Positions 1 to 9,621 of a stretch of DNA of 64,000 nucleotides are shown here, piece after piece. The position numbers and the translations under genes were made by a program. This stretch comes from Methanomassiliicoccales archaeon (GTDB taxonomy: Archaea > Thermoplasmatota > Thermoplasmata > Methanomassiliicoccales > UBA472). The notes below the pieces were generated by a model. It saw nothing but the letters and a program-made list of their open reading frames with translations. It did no database searches and had not been told where the DNA came from. Position 1 is the stretch's first letter, and every line of letters begins with the position of its first letter. The stretch spans positions 33,846 through 97,845 of the forward strand of contig JAPKYJ010000003.1 in NCBI GenBank assembly GCA_026394375.1. The letters are read 5' to 3'.

Positions 1-883
1 ACCCGGTGATCTGGGTGTAAACATAGTCCCGTTTGCCGAAGGAGGCGAACAGCTCGATGAGGTCGTACATGGTGATTATGCCCACCAAAGTGTCCTTCTC
101 CAACACCGGCAGGGTGGAGACGTTGCGCTCCAGCATGACGTTCACCGCGTCCCCGAGCGACTTCCCGGGCGCGATGCTGACGACCGCGTCGACCGCCACG
201 GACCCGACCTTGACCTCCACCGGATCGTTCTCTCCCACGATCTCGCCCTTGGTCTGTCGACGGGGACCGCCGTTCCAGGAGTAGTTGACGATGTCCTTGA
301 TCCCGATGATGCCGCTCAATCGGTCGTCCATGTCGACCACCGGCAGGGTCTGGATGTCCAGTTTGCGCATTATCTCCACCGCCCTCTTCACGGGGTCGTC
401 CTCGCGCACCGTCTGGACGTTGGTGGACATGACATCCAGCACCTTCATGTTGCGGATGTCCTTGATCTTGGGGATGAGGGCGATCATTCCCGCCCGGGTG
501 ACCACGCCAGCGATGTTCTTGTTCTTCATCACCGGCATCTGTCGGTAGCCGGTGGAGATGAACTGTTCTGCTACCAAGGTGATGGGGGCGGTCAGGGTGA
601 CCGGCGGAGGCATGTCCATGGCCGACCCGACCTTCATGCCCAACACCAGGTTCTTGCGGCGGATTATGGAGCTAAAGCTGATCACGCCCACGAGCTTCTT
701 GCCCTCGGTGACCGGCATCTCGTGCAGGCCCTTGGCCCGCATCTTCGCCACCACGTCGCTCAGTCCCATCTCCGGGTCCACGCTCTCGAACTTCTCCTCC
801 ACCAGGTCGTCGACCTTGAAGGCATCGATCTGGGAACGCAGGACCTCTCTCCTCTTCATCGTTTCGACGCTCTCGCCCATCAT
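1..883 (-). CDS. CBS-domain protein (C-terminus lies beyond the left window edge)
   Basis: Not in the ORF track because there is no stop in the window. The reverse strand from the ATG at 883 reads MMGESVETMKRREVLRSQIDAFKVDDLVEEKFESVDPEMGLSDVVAKMRAKGLHEMPVTEGKKLVGVIS... and the frame stays open to base 2. It has repeated CBS-type segments like the paralog at 2729-3583. Confidence 0.7.
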   Translation of the reverse strand, partial: MMGESVETMKRREVLRSQIDAFKVDDLVEEKFESVDPEMGLSDVVAKMRAKGLHEMPVTEGKKLVGVISFSSIIRRKNLVLGMKVGSAMDMPPPVTLTAPITLVAEQFISTGYRQMPVMKNKNIAGVVTRAGMIALIPKIKDIRNMKVLDVMSTNVQTVREDDPVKRAVEIMRKLDIQTLPVVDMDDRLSGIIGIKDIVNYSWNGGPRRQTKGEIVGENDPVEVKVGSVAVDAVVSIAPGKSLGDAVNVMLERNVSTLPVLEKDTLVGIITMYDLIELFASFGKRDYVYTQITG

Positions 884-1019
884 CTCATGCACGCTCCTTG
901 CGATTCTTGTCCTCGGAACAAATGAATCTGATTCTTGATTCCCCGGACGGTTGCGACATGACCTTCACCTTATTATCCTTTGCACTTTGGCTTGGTCTGA
1001 ATCCTCTTCCACAGAGGTC

Positions 1020-2732
1020 TCAGGTCTTGAACTCCGCGAATGTCTTGTCCACATTGAGCAGGGCGATCAGGACTGGCACGACCTGCTCTCGTTTCACCCG
1101 GACCTGTTCCGTCGAGTCCCGGTCTCGAACCGTGACAGTGCCATCCTCAAGGGTCTGGTAGTCCACGGTGATGCAGTACGGGGTGCCGATCTCGTCCATC
1201 CGCGCATACCTCCGTCCTATCGATCCGGAATCGTCAAAGCTCGTCTCCACTCCGATCCGCCGCAGCTGAGCGTCCAATTCCGCCGCCACATGGACCAGGT
1301 CATCCTTGCCCATTAGAGGGAACACGCCCGCCTTGATCGGCGCGGAGACGTTTGTGAGACGGAGCACCAGGTATTTCCCCTCTTTGTCCTCCTTCTCCGT
1401 ATAGGCGTGCTCCAGGCAGGTGTACAGTATACGGTCCAGACCATGGGAAGGCTCGATCACATGAGGCACGAAGCTCTCTCCCGCCACCCTCTCCTTCACT
1501 TTGACCACATCGAAGCATTTCCTTTCGACGGCGATGACCTGTCCTTCGACCTCCACTTCGATGCCGTCCCTGCCAACGCGGGATACGTCCGCGCTCTCCA
1601 GAGCCTTGCCGACCAGGGACGACCTGGCCTTGAACTGCGGCCCCAAGAGGCCGTACTTCGGCTTGATGACCTCCTTCTCCACTTCCGTCGGCGTCTCAAA
1701 GCGCTTGAAGGCGGTCATGTTCACCTTGGAATGCTCGATGTGCCGGGACAGGTCCCAGCAGCCTCTGTCCGCTATGCCGACGATCTCGGTCCAGCCGAAG
1801 GATAGCAGCGCTTCCGCATCCCAGCAGTCGGCGGCGTAGTGGGCCATCTCGTTCTTCAGATGCTGCCTGAAGCGGAGGCGCTCCGGGTCCACGCCTACCA
1901 CTGTGAGGAAGCGCTGCGTGAACCAGAGGAAGTAGGCCAAGGTCTGGTTGGCGATGATGCGGTTCTCCACCGCTTCTCGAAGCGGCATCTGGACCTCCGC
2001 GTCCCCTGGATCATTGGGGACCAATCGCAGGAGGTCGTTCTTGACCGCGTCGTAGCGGGGCCAGGTCTTGTCCTTCGGGTCGACGAACAGCTCCGCCTCC
2101 ATCATATTGAACTCCCGAAGGCGAATCACGCCTTGTCGGGGGGAGATCTCGTTCCGGTAGCCGCGGCCGACCTGAATGACCCCGAAAGGCAGCTTCTCTC
2201 GCATATGGCGGTAGAGCGAATTGAAGTTGACGAAGATGCCCTGAGCCGTCTCTGGTCTCAGGAAACCAACACGGCCGGCGGAACCCGGGCCGATGGTGGT
2301 CTTGAACATGAGATTGAAGTCCTCCGCCGGGGACAGCTCACCCCCGCAATCTGGACACTTCACGCCCTTAGCAAGGATATGCTGGTCGATCCCGGTCAGC
2401 GAGAGCGTGCCAGGGTTCGGGTGCAGGTCCTGGAGCAGATGGTCCGCTCTGAAAGGCGTTTTGCACTGAGCGCAAGTGACCAGCTTGTCCGAGAACTGGT
2501 CCACGTGCCCGGAGGCTTTGAAAACCGCCTCCGGCCCGATGGTGTCCGAATCTATCTCGATGAACCCTTCGCCCAGGGTATAGGCCTTGCGCCAGGCATT
2601 GGTGATGTTGTTCTTCATGGCCGTGCCCAATGGCCCGTAGTCGTACAGTCCGGCGATGCCGCCATAGATCTCGTATGCTGGCCAGATGAACCCCCTGCGC
2701 TTGCACAGGGAGAGGATGTCCGCTGAGTTCAT
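1020..2732 (-). CDS. glyS: Glycyl-tRNA synthetase (alpha2, archaeal/eukaryal type)
   Basis: 570 aa. N-terminus RGFIWPAYEIYGGIAGLYDYGPLG and class II motif 2 GRGYRNEISPRQGVIRLREF. The start ATG overlaps the upstream stop as ATGA. Confidence 0.93.
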   Translation of the reverse strand: MNSADILSLCKRRGFIWPAYEIYGGIAGLYDYGPLGTAMKNNITNAWRKAYTLGEGFIEIDSDTIGPEAVFKASGHVDQFSDKLVTCAQCKTPFRADHLLQDLHPNPGTLSLTGIDQHILAKGVKCPDCGGELSPAEDFNLMFKTTIGPGSAGRVGFLRPETAQGIFVNFNSLYRHMREKLPFGVIQVGRGYRNEISPRQGVIRLREFNMMEAELFVDPKDKTWPRYDAVKNDLLRLVPNDPGDAEVQMPLREAVENRIIANQTLAYFLWFTQRFLTVVGVDPERLRFRQHLKNEMAHYAADCWDAEALLSFGWTEIVGIADRGCWDLSRHIEHSKVNMTAFKRFETPTEVEKEVIKPKYGLLGPQFKARSSLVGKALESADVSRVGRDGIEVEVEGQVIAVERKCFDVVKVKERVAGESFVPHVIEPSHGLDRILYTCLEHAYTEKEDKEGKYLVLRLTNVSAPIKAGVFPLMGKDDLVHVAAELDAQLRRIGVETSFDDSGSIGRRYARMDEIGTPYCITVDYQTLEDGTVTVRDRDSTEQVRVKREQVVPVLIALLNVDKTFAEFKT

Positions 2733-3583
2733 TCTCGTTCACCACATAGCACGGAGATGACGTCCAGGTCGTAGATCATCGCCAGGAGGTGATCTTTCGA
2801 GTCCCTCACCGGCAACTGCCCGAAGTCGTTCTTCCTCATGATCCTTGCCGCCTCGGAGACCGAGGTCTTGCGGAAGACAGTGGTGGGGTTCTTGACCATG
2901 ATGCTCCTCACTGGCACTCCGGGAAGCTCGATTTTGGACACCTCATACCAGAGCTTCATCACATTGCGAAGGCCTTCCCAGCTCCATTCGTCCTCGTCCT
3001 GCCCGCTGCCCATGTCGGCCACGACCATCGAACCGTCGATGAACGAATTGTTGAAGATGTCCCGGTCGGTCAGGATGCCTACCAGTCTCCCTCTATCGTC
3101 CAATACTGGTAGCGCGTTCACCTTGCTCACTTTCAGGGTGATGAGGGCGACCGCCAGAGGCGTGTCCTCGTAGATGGGAACGCAGGTGGACTTGATGACC
3201 GTCTCCACCGCCTTCTCGAAGCTTCTCTTCTCCACCACACCGAGCAGATCGGTGGGGGTGACAATCCCTACCAACCGATTCTTCTCCACCACCGAAAGGT
3301 GGTGAATATGACTATTGCAGAAGATCTTGGCCGCCTTCTCCACCGAATCCTTCGGACCGATTATCGGAGGATCGCGGGCCATCAGCATGGCCAGCTGGTC
3401 CTCGTCCGGCTTGTCGAAAATGTCCTGCCTGGTAATCATGCCCGAAAGGGACCCGTTCGTCCGCTTCACCACCGGCAGCCCGGTGAGGTTGTGCTTGATC
3501 ATTATGCGGAGCACCTCGTCCCGGCTGCCAGGCACCTGTGCCACGATGGGATTGGTGGTCATGACCTCGCCCACTGTGGTCAT
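2729..3583 (-). CDS. CBS-domain protein (four CBS repeats)
   Basis: 284 aa with repeated 'LTGLPVV / HHLSVVE / ALPVLD / GQLPVRD' CBS signatures. ATGA overlaps at both ends. Confidence 0.85.
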   Translation of the reverse strand: MTTVGEVMTTNPIVAQVPGSRDEVLRIMIKHNLTGLPVVKRTNGSLSGMITRQDIFDKPDEDQLAMLMARDPPIIGPKDSVEKAAKIFCNSHIHHLSVVEKNRLVGIVTPTDLLGVVEKRSFEKAVETVIKSTCVPIYEDTPLAVALITLKVSKVNALPVLDDRGRLVGILTDRDIFNNSFIDGSMVVADMGSGQDEDEWSWEGLRNVMKLWYEVSKIELPGVPVRSIMVKNPTTVFRKTSVSEAARIMRKNDFGQLPVRDSKDHLLAMIYDLDVISVLCGERE

Positions 3584-4026
3584 ATAGATTCACCTCGAGG
3601 AAAGCGTATCACCAATACGGGGCAGGAGGCGAAACGCACCACCTTTTCCACCGTGCTGCCCAGCAGGAGCTTGGAGATGCCGGTCCGTCCAATCGTTCCC
3701 ATTACTATCAGATCGTAATCCTTAGAAGCGTCGATGATCTTGCGCGAGGGCGAGCCCTCTTCGATCCTAACGCTAACCTTCAGGCCCATGCTTGCACCAA
3801 GAGCGCGCACGTACTCCACCGCATCCTTCCCCTCATTCTCCAGAAGGGAATAGACGCTCACTATGGTCGAATCCATGGGAAAGTTGATGAAGGAGGTCTG
3901 GTCCACTACGTACAACGCGGTCACATCGGCCTCGCTCGTCTTGGCCAGTTCCAATCCCTTCTTGATCGCTTCCTTGGTGTACTCGCTTCCGTCCGTGGGT
4001 ATCAGTATCTTCTTGAAGGGTGTCAT
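3580..4026 (-). CDS. Universal stress protein (UspA family)
   Basis: MTPFKKILIPTDGSEYTKEA...GSTVEKVVRFASCPVLVI is typical of Usp. The start is set at the internal Met that forms an ATGA overlap with the upstream stop. The ORF extends to 4059. Confidence 0.85.
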   Translation of the reverse strand: MTPFKKILIPTDGSEYTKEAIKKGLELAKTSEADVTALYVVDQTSFINFPMDSTIVSVYSLLENEGKDAVEYVRALGASMGLKVSVRIEEGSPSRKIIDASKDYDLIVMGTIGRTGISKLLLGSTVEKVVRFASCPVLVIRFPRGESI

Positions 4027-5105
4027 CGCGGTCCACTCCATAGCTCCAGTCCCATGCATACCATGAGAGGGTCGGCCGAGCTCCCTCGCAGCACCAGGTC
4101 CGTGGCCGGATCACCGCCTAGGGGCCGGGTGACCATGAAGTCGCAGGGCATGCCAGGTTCAATACCTATGGGTATCTTTTGATTTAATAATTTCCGGCCA
4201 CTGGAAATGGCCATATCGAGCACCGAGCGGACGTCCTTGACACCCTGCATCCGGAGCAGCCTAGCCGCGAACTCCATCTCCACCAGGATATCAGGAAGGG
4301 CGAGCATGGCATTGTCCGTGCCCAGGGCCACGATTGCTCCCTTTTCCAACATGGTGGCTAGGGGAGGCAGGTTGCCGAAGAACATGTTGGAGCGGGGACA
4401 GGCCACGATCGGCACCTTCGCCTGCGCACAGAACTCTATGTCCGATCCCGTAGCCTGGGTCATATGCACGACGAAAGCAGGTTCGAGGTCGAGCACCTTG
4501 TCGATGTCCTCGCGCACTCTCTCGCTGGCATGGATGGCGAATCGCTTGCCCTGGGATCGAACAAAGGACGAGAGGTCGCTCAGCGTTCCATAGTCCCAAT
4601 CGGAGATGCTGGACACTCCGATGCCATCGGCGACCTGCAGTATCCTTCGCACCTCCTCCTTGTCGAATGAGAGGTCCTTGGGTCGGCCCATGACGGTCGG
4701 CTCGGGCTTTCCCCGGGTGAGGGAGAGCATTCGGGCACCCATCTCTCCGCCCTCGCGGAAGTCGATGTAGCGCGAAACCCCTCGACCACGCATGAGCGCA
4801 CTCATTCGCAGAAAGCCCTGTAAGATCTCATCTTCGCTCGCTCTGCCTAGCATTCGATGCTTCAGGCCGTTCGGCGGCGCCACCAGGTCCTCGAGGTACA
4901 TGGAGAGATCCATAGGAACGATGCAATCCGCCAGATGGGTGTGCGCGTTGACCAGAGTGGGGGTGATGACCCCTTCCACGATGGAAGCTTCGGGCCGGCC
5001 CTTGGCCACCTCCACCACGACCCCATCCTCAAAGCCGACATACCCATCGATGAAGCCTTCTTGGGTGAGGACCTTCCCGGAGGCGCAGCGCATGGTGGAA
5101 TGCAT
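4023..5105 (-). CDS. Metal-dependent amidohydrolase family protein
   Basis: 360 aa with HxH motif (VNAHTHLADC), later HASE and GTDN motifs of the amidohydrolase superfamily. Substrate unknown. Confidence 0.75.
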   Translation of the reverse strand: MHSTMRCASGKVLTQEGFIDGYVGFEDGVVVEVAKGRPEASIVEGVITPTLVNAHTHLADCIVPMDLSMYLEDLVAPPNGLKHRMLGRASEDEILQGFLRMSALMRGRGVSRYIDFREGGEMGARMLSLTRGKPEPTVMGRPKDLSFDKEEVRRILQVADGIGVSSISDWDYGTLSDLSSFVRSQGKRFAIHASERVREDIDKVLDLEPAFVVHMTQATGSDIEFCAQAKVPIVACPRSNMFFGNLPPLATMLEKGAIVALGTDNAMLALPDILVEMEFAARLLRMQGVKDVRSVLDMAISSGRKLLNQKIPIGIEPGMPCDFMVTRPLGGDPATDLVLRGSSADPLMVCMGLELWSGPR

Positions 5106-5185
5106 GCAACCCAGGATATTTCAATCTGCCACCCGCGCTCCCCAAAAGGGTTTTATATGATGCCTCTTCTCACTGGGCAAGAGGT

Positions 5186-5365
5186 ATGCCAATGGCAGCA
5201 AAGGTCAAGGCAGAGGACTGTGTCGGGTGCGGCGCCTGCGAGGATGCCTGCCCTCAGGGTGCGATCAAAGTGGACGAGATCGCGGTCATCGACGAGACGG
5301 ACTGCGTGGACTGCGGCGCTTGCGCCGACGAGTGCCCGAACTCTGCCATCGTGGTCGACAAGTAA
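5186..5365 (+). CDS. 2x[4Fe-4S] ferredoxin (57-59 aa)
   Basis: Below the ORF-track size cut-off. Reads (MP)MAAKVKAEDCVGCGACEDACPQGAIKVDEIAVIDETDCVDCGACADECPNSAIVVDK*. Two CxxCxxCxxxCP motifs. The start may be 5192. Confidence 0.85.
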   Translation: MPMAAKVKAEDCVGCGACEDACPQGAIKVDEIAVIDETDCVDCGACADECPNSAIVVDK

Positions 5366-5384
5366 TTTCTTTCGTTTTCTTAGG
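5366..5384 (+). terminator. Oligo-T tract after the ferredoxin gene
   Basis: TTTCTTTCGTTTTCTT lies immediately after the stop. Archaeal terminators are T-runs. Confidence 0.35.
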
Positions 5385-5464
5385 GAATCAAGGGCGCCCA
5401 TGCGCCCACCCAAGGTTTTGCCATCTATCTGGTCAGCAGGGCGTCCAATAGAAACCCGGGCAAC

Positions 5465-6403
5465 TCAGGCCCAGTACGGTTTCTGGATGTACTTGAAGGC
5501 GCTGTTGGCGGCCGTTGCCCCTTCCCCGCAGGCGGTGACGATCTGCTTGTATTTGCCTGGGTAGACTGCAATGTCCCCGCAGGCGAAGATCCCCCGCCTG
5601 GATGTCTTCATCTCGCTATCCACCACGATCAGGCCGTTCTCCAGTCTCACGCCCCAGTTCTTGGCGTCCTCGTGCTCGATGGCGAACCCGATGTTGATGA
5701 TGACCATGTCGGCCGGGATCTCTATGGACTTGGGCGGCTCTCCAGACTTGATGACCACGCTCTCCACTCGGTCCTTTCCCTTGATCTCCTCGATCTCAGA
5801 GCATAGATAGGTCTGGACATGCGAGGGCTCCAGTCTCTCCACGAAGCAGGCGTCGGCACGGAACGACTCGCGGCGATGCACCAGGCAGACACTCGCCACT
5901 TCGCACGCCATGAGCGCCATCTCCAGGGCGCTGTTGCCACCTCCCACGAAGATTATCTTCTTTCCGTGGAGCTCGCTCTTGTCTGGGAGCTTGTAGAACA
6001 CTCCCCGGTTCACGAAATGGTCCTCGCCCTTCACCCCGAGCTTCTTCGGACGGTTGGAGCCCGCACCGGTAGAAATGATCACCGCTCTGGTCAGGTAGGA
6101 TGATCTCTCAGTGAAGACCCGAAGCCCCTCTCCCTCGTCCAAGATGTTGATGGCGCGCTCCTTCACCTTCAACTCGCACCCCGCTGCCCGGGCATGGGCG
6201 ATGAGCCGCTCCGCCATCTCCTTGCCTTCCAGGTTCTCTATGCCCGGGTAGTTGGCTATCCCCTTGCCCGGGTAGATGCTCATGGGCTGGCCTCCGGCTT
6301 CTTCGGCCTCCAGGATTATGGCCTTGAGCTTGCGCATGGCGGCGTATATGCCAGCGGTCAGACCACCCGGTCCCGCACCGAGGATCACCAGGTCACAGTC
6401 CAT
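5465..6403 (-). CDS. Thioredoxin-reductase-like flavoprotein lacking the CxxC site (ferredoxin-NAD(P)+ reductase type)
   Basis: 312 aa with FAD motif VILGAGPGGLTAG and NAD(P) motif FVGGGNSALEMA. Where TrxR has GVSACATCDGFF this protein has GVFYKLPDKSEL. Confidence 0.8.
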   Translation of the reverse strand: MDCDLVILGAGPGGLTAGIYAAMRKLKAIILEAEEAGGQPMSIYPGKGIANYPGIENLEGKEMAERLIAHARAAGCELKVKERAINILDEGEGLRVFTERSSYLTRAVIISTGAGSNRPKKLGVKGEDHFVNRGVFYKLPDKSELHGKKIIFVGGGNSALEMALMACEVASVCLVHRRESFRADACFVERLEPSHVQTYLCSEIEEIKGKDRVESVVIKSGEPPKSIEIPADMVIINIGFAIEHEDAKNWGVRLENGLIVVDSEMKTSRRGIFACGDIAVYPGKYKQIVTACGEGATAANSAFKYIQKPYWA

Positions 6404-6547
6404 TGAGCATCGGTATGGAGCCCCCGCCTAAAAAAGTGTCGTCTGGCACAAGCTCCTCTTCACCTCGCCTTTCGTCTCGTGAAGATCAGTGCAGCGGGCC
6501 GAGAGGGTCTTATCTCCGATATGCGATTCTCAATCGACCGGTTCCCC

Positions 6548-7105
6548 ATGAGATTCCGAGCCTTCATCGCCGTGGATATCGACCCTTTGCCTCCCCTGCT
6601 CGATTTCAACCGAGAGCTGATGGACGTAGGTCGTGGCCTCAAGCCGGTGGAGATGGGGTCGGTGCACATCACCCTCAAGTTCCTGGGCGACATCGATGAT
6701 GCGCTCGTTCCTCGGATCGTTGAATGCATGCGCTCCTCCGCGAAAGGCATCTCCCCTTTCGAAATCAGGGTCCGGGGGTCTGGGGTCTTCCCCTCCCGTT
6801 CGAACGCCAAGGTAGTGTGGGCCGGCCTGGAGGGCGCTGAGCCATTGCGACTGATGACGCAGCGTCTGGAGTCATGCCTCGAGCCCCTCGGTTTCCTTAA
6901 GGAGGGTCGGGAGTTCAAGGCGCACCTCACCATGGCAAGGGTCAAGGACCCGCGAGCGTCCGCGGACGCGGCCCGGGTGGCGGACCTATACAAGGAAATT
7001 GAGTTCGGAACGCAGCCAGTGAAAGAACTGCGATTGAAGAAGAGCGTCCTCAGCCCTCGCGGCCCCACCTATAGCGACGTGGCGACCGTTCTTCTCGGCC
7101 TCTAG
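6548..7105 (+). CDS. RNA 2',3'-cyclic phosphodiesterase / 2'-5' RNA ligase (LigT/ThpR, 2H family)
   Basis: Two HxT motifs (VHITLKF, AHLTMAR). The start is chosen at MRFRAFIAVD; the ORF opens at 6479. Confidence 0.8.
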   Translation: MRFRAFIAVDIDPLPPLLDFNRELMDVGRGLKPVEMGSVHITLKFLGDIDDALVPRIVECMRSSAKGISPFEIRVRGSGVFPSRSNAKVVWAGLEGAEPLRLMTQRLESCLEPLGFLKEGREFKAHLTMARVKDPRASADAARVADLYKEIEFGTQPVKELRLKKSVLSPRGPTYSDVATVLLGL

Positions 7106-8493
7106 GTCTCATCGCCTTCGAAGAGGGCGAAGCTTTCCTGCTTTATCAGCTCCGAGGGCGGATGCTCCTTGACGAAGTCGGTGCTGTAGTGTCCAGAGCG
7201 GAAGGCCTTCGAGCGAACCACCAGACGGTGGTAGGGGATGGTGGTCTTCAGTCCGGTCAGCGTGAAGCGGTCCAAGGCGTCCCTCGCCCGGATGAGCGTC
7301 TCGTTGCGGTCTTGACCCCAGACTATGAGTTTGGCCAGCATGGGGTCGAACTCCGTGGGCACCACATATCCCTCATAGGCGTGGGAATCGACCCGGATGC
7401 CTTCTCCTGCTGGTTCGATGTACTTATCGATCCTGCCCGGTGAGGGAAAGAAGTTGTTGAACGGGTTCTCCGCGTTCACCCGGAACTCCATCGCCGCTCC
7501 CCGTGGCTTCGCTCCACGCAGCTCTTCTCCCACATCCTTGTCGGAGGCGATCTTGAGCTGTACTTCCACCAGGTCCAATCCGGTCACCTGCTCCGTCACT
7601 GGATGCTCAACTTGGATACGGGTGTTAGCCTCCATGAAGTAGAGTTCACCGCCAGCGTTCATTAGGAACTCGAAGGTGCAAAGCGAGTGATAGCCCGCCT
7701 TCATCAATGCCTCTTCTATCTTGGGAAAGAGCTCCAGCCGCATCTCCTCGGTCACGGAGCAGGAAGGCGTTTCCTCCACCAGCTTCTGGTTGCGTCGTTG
7801 GACGGAGCACTCCCTTTCTCCCAGGCAATAGCCGTTCCCTTGGCTATCCCCAACCATCTGGAATTCGATGTGATGCGGTTTCACGACCCGACGCTCCATG
7901 AAGATCTGGGGGTCCTTGAAGGCCTTGTCCGCTTCTGCTCGGGCGGACTCAAAGGCCTGGTCCATCTCCTCCTCCTTCTCCACCACCCTCATTCCCCTTC
8001 CTCCGCCTCCGCCGGCGGCCTTGAGCATGATCGGATAGCCGATTCGTATCGCCTCGCGCTTGGCCTCCTCCGCCGAATTCAGAGGTTTGAGGGTTCCGGG
8101 GGTGGTGTGGATCCCGTGCTTCTCCATGAACTCCCGGGCGTCGAGCTTGCTGCCCAAGAGAGACATCGCTCGGGCGCTTGGACCTACGAACGTGATGCCT
8201 GCGTCCTCGCATCGCCGGGCGAACTCCGCCTTCTCGGAGAGGAAGCCGTATCCGGGATGGATGGCGTCCACCTTCATTCTCTCGGCGACCTCCATGATAG
8301 CGTCGATGTCCAGATAGCCTATCATGTTCTTGTCGCTGTGAAGTTCCACCGCCTTGTCTGCCAGGTGGACGTGCTTGCAGTGCTGATCGATGGCAGTGTA
8401 GATCGCGACGGTAGGGATGTTAAGGCGCTTGCACGTCCGCATCACCCGGATGGCGATTTCTCCTCGGTTGGCGACCAGCAATCTCTTGAACAC
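7102..8493 (-). CDS. Biotin carboxylase (acetyl-CoA/pyruvate carboxylase subunit A)
   Basis: The (M)FKRLLVANRGEIAIRVMRT N-terminus, the ATP-grasp GGGGRGMRVV and the C-terminal domain are all present. A GTG at 8493 gives the canonical N-terminus. The longest ORF starts at ATG 8547. Confidence 0.9.
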   Translation of the reverse strand: MFKRLLVANRGEIAIRVMRTCKRLNIPTVAIYTAIDQHCKHVHLADKAVELHSDKNMIGYLDIDAIMEVAERMKVDAIHPGYGFLSEKAEFARRCEDAGITFVGPSARAMSLLGSKLDAREFMEKHGIHTTPGTLKPLNSAEEAKREAIRIGYPIMLKAAGGGGGRGMRVVEKEEEMDQAFESARAEADKAFKDPQIFMERRVVKPHHIEFQMVGDSQGNGYCLGERECSVQRRNQKLVEETPSCSVTEEMRLELFPKIEEALMKAGYHSLCTFEFLMNAGGELYFMEANTRIQVEHPVTEQVTGLDLVEVQLKIASDKDVGEELRGAKPRGAAMEFRVNAENPFNNFFPSPGRIDKYIEPAGEGIRVDSHAYEGYVVPTEFDPMLAKLIVWGQDRNETLIRARDALDRFTLTGLKTTIPYHRLVVRSKAFRSGHYSTDFVKEHPPSELIKQESFALFEGDET

Positions 8494-8637
8494 TTCAATT
8501 CCTCTGCAGGGGACGGTGTGGCATGGTAAGGTTTCTCTCGGTATCATAGACGCCGCTTTTAAGCTTTTCAGTAGCTTGGCTCGGTAAGGCTACGAGTAGC
8601 CGCGGTGGATATCATCTGTTATGCGAAATCGGCATCG

Positions 8638-9123
8638 ATGACTATGTTGGTGAGGCGGAAGCAGATCGAGAGCGATCGGAACGGGGGGATCGAAGGGCTG
8701 CCTTTGCAGCTCATGATCATCGTCCTGATCGCGGGCATAAGCATGGCGATAATCCTTGGCTGGACCAGCGGGCTGGGAGCGCCGAGGACGATTGCGAGCG
8801 TGAACTCGGACCCGTCGGAGATCATCGTGGCCGATGCCAACGGTGACGGTCTTTACACCAATGATGGCCTGGACATAGTGATCTTCGTCGTGGACAACGA
8901 GGGCAAGGGCGTCGAAGGTGCCACGGTAGTGCTCAAAGGGGGCGGGGTGACCACGGATGAAGGCAAGACCCCGCACGCCACCACCGATCAACAGGGCAGA
9001 GCGAGCTTCTCATCCTTGAGCGTATCGAAATACGGCCGGTCCGTTTCATTCGTGACCGTGACGGTGGTGAAGAGCAACTTCGTCTCCACGGCCTCGCTCA
9101 CCATCCCGGTCATAGCGGAGTGA
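8638..9123 (+). CDS. Small N-terminally anchored protein with CarboxypepD_reg-like beta domain
   Basis: RRKQIESDRNGGIEGLPLQLMIIVLIAGISMAIILGW is followed by VVDNEGKGVEGATVVLKGGG...TTDQQGRASF. The start Met is uncertain (8605/8638/8644). Confidence 0.6.
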   Translation: MTMLVRRKQIESDRNGGIEGLPLQLMIIVLIAGISMAIILGWTSGLGAPRTIASVNSDPSEIIVADANGDGLYTNDGLDIVIFVVDNEGKGVEGATVVLKGGGVTTDEGKTPHATTDQQGRASFSSLSVSKYGRSVSFVTVTVVKSNFVSTASLTIPVIAE

Positions 9124-9127
9124 TTCG

Positions 9128-9601
9128 ATGTCCGTTGACCGCAGAGCCCTGGAGGGGATGCCGATGAAGCTGCTGATCACCTCCGTTCTCATCTCCATCA
9201 TCCTGCCTTCGGTTCTGGGTGCGCTCCAGGGCTATGAAAGGGCGGCCAGGATCGAGGAACTGAAAGCCCAGGTCCAGCGCATACGCTCGGCCGCTCTCTC
9301 GGCCTTCCTGGGGGGCCCTGGTAACGTTCGCACGGTGCCTTTGGACCTTGCGGTTGGGTCATCTGGAGGAGGTGCAGCGATAGAACTGGGCGGCTCTCGC
9401 GATTCGGTGGAATCGACCGCCATCCGTTACTACTGGTGCGGCACTGAATTGGGGAGCATCTTCCTCCTTGACCCGAGGGTGCCCATAGTGCCATGGACGG
9501 GCGGGAACGTGCGCATCGACGCCGCGCACTCCCAGATCACCCTGGAGTGCATGCAGGTGGAGGACGACACCTACATCGCCATGGAGATGAGCTCCTGCTA
9601 G
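9128..9601 (+). CDS. Small N-terminally anchored protein (paralogous N-terminus)
   Basis: 157 aa. MSVDRRALEGMPMKLLITSVLISIILPSVLGAL shares EG[LM]P[LM][QK]L[ML]I with the preceding ORF, 4 nt downstream of it. Confidence 0.6.
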   Translation: MSVDRRALEGMPMKLLITSVLISIILPSVLGALQGYERAARIEELKAQVQRIRSAALSAFLGGPGNVRTVPLDLAVGSSGGGAAIELGGSRDSVESTAIRYYWCGTELGSIFLLDPRVPIVPWTGGNVRIDAAHSQITLECMQVEDDTYIAMEMSSC

Positions 9602-9621
9602 AATTCCTTCTTTCCCGGGTG

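Noticed and set aside
1839-2726. Long ORFs antisense to well-supported genes. Examples: 1839-2726(+), 7687-8529(+), 12024-12929(-), 29390-30022(-), 43974-44822(-), 44791-45651(-), 53343-54203(-), 56330-57358(-), 59247-60692(+), 62773-63420(-).
   Set aside because: Each lies opposite a gene with clear family signatures. Their translations are R/G/H/P/L-rich and low in complexity. This is the expected stop-codon-poor antisense artefact of a high-GC genome.
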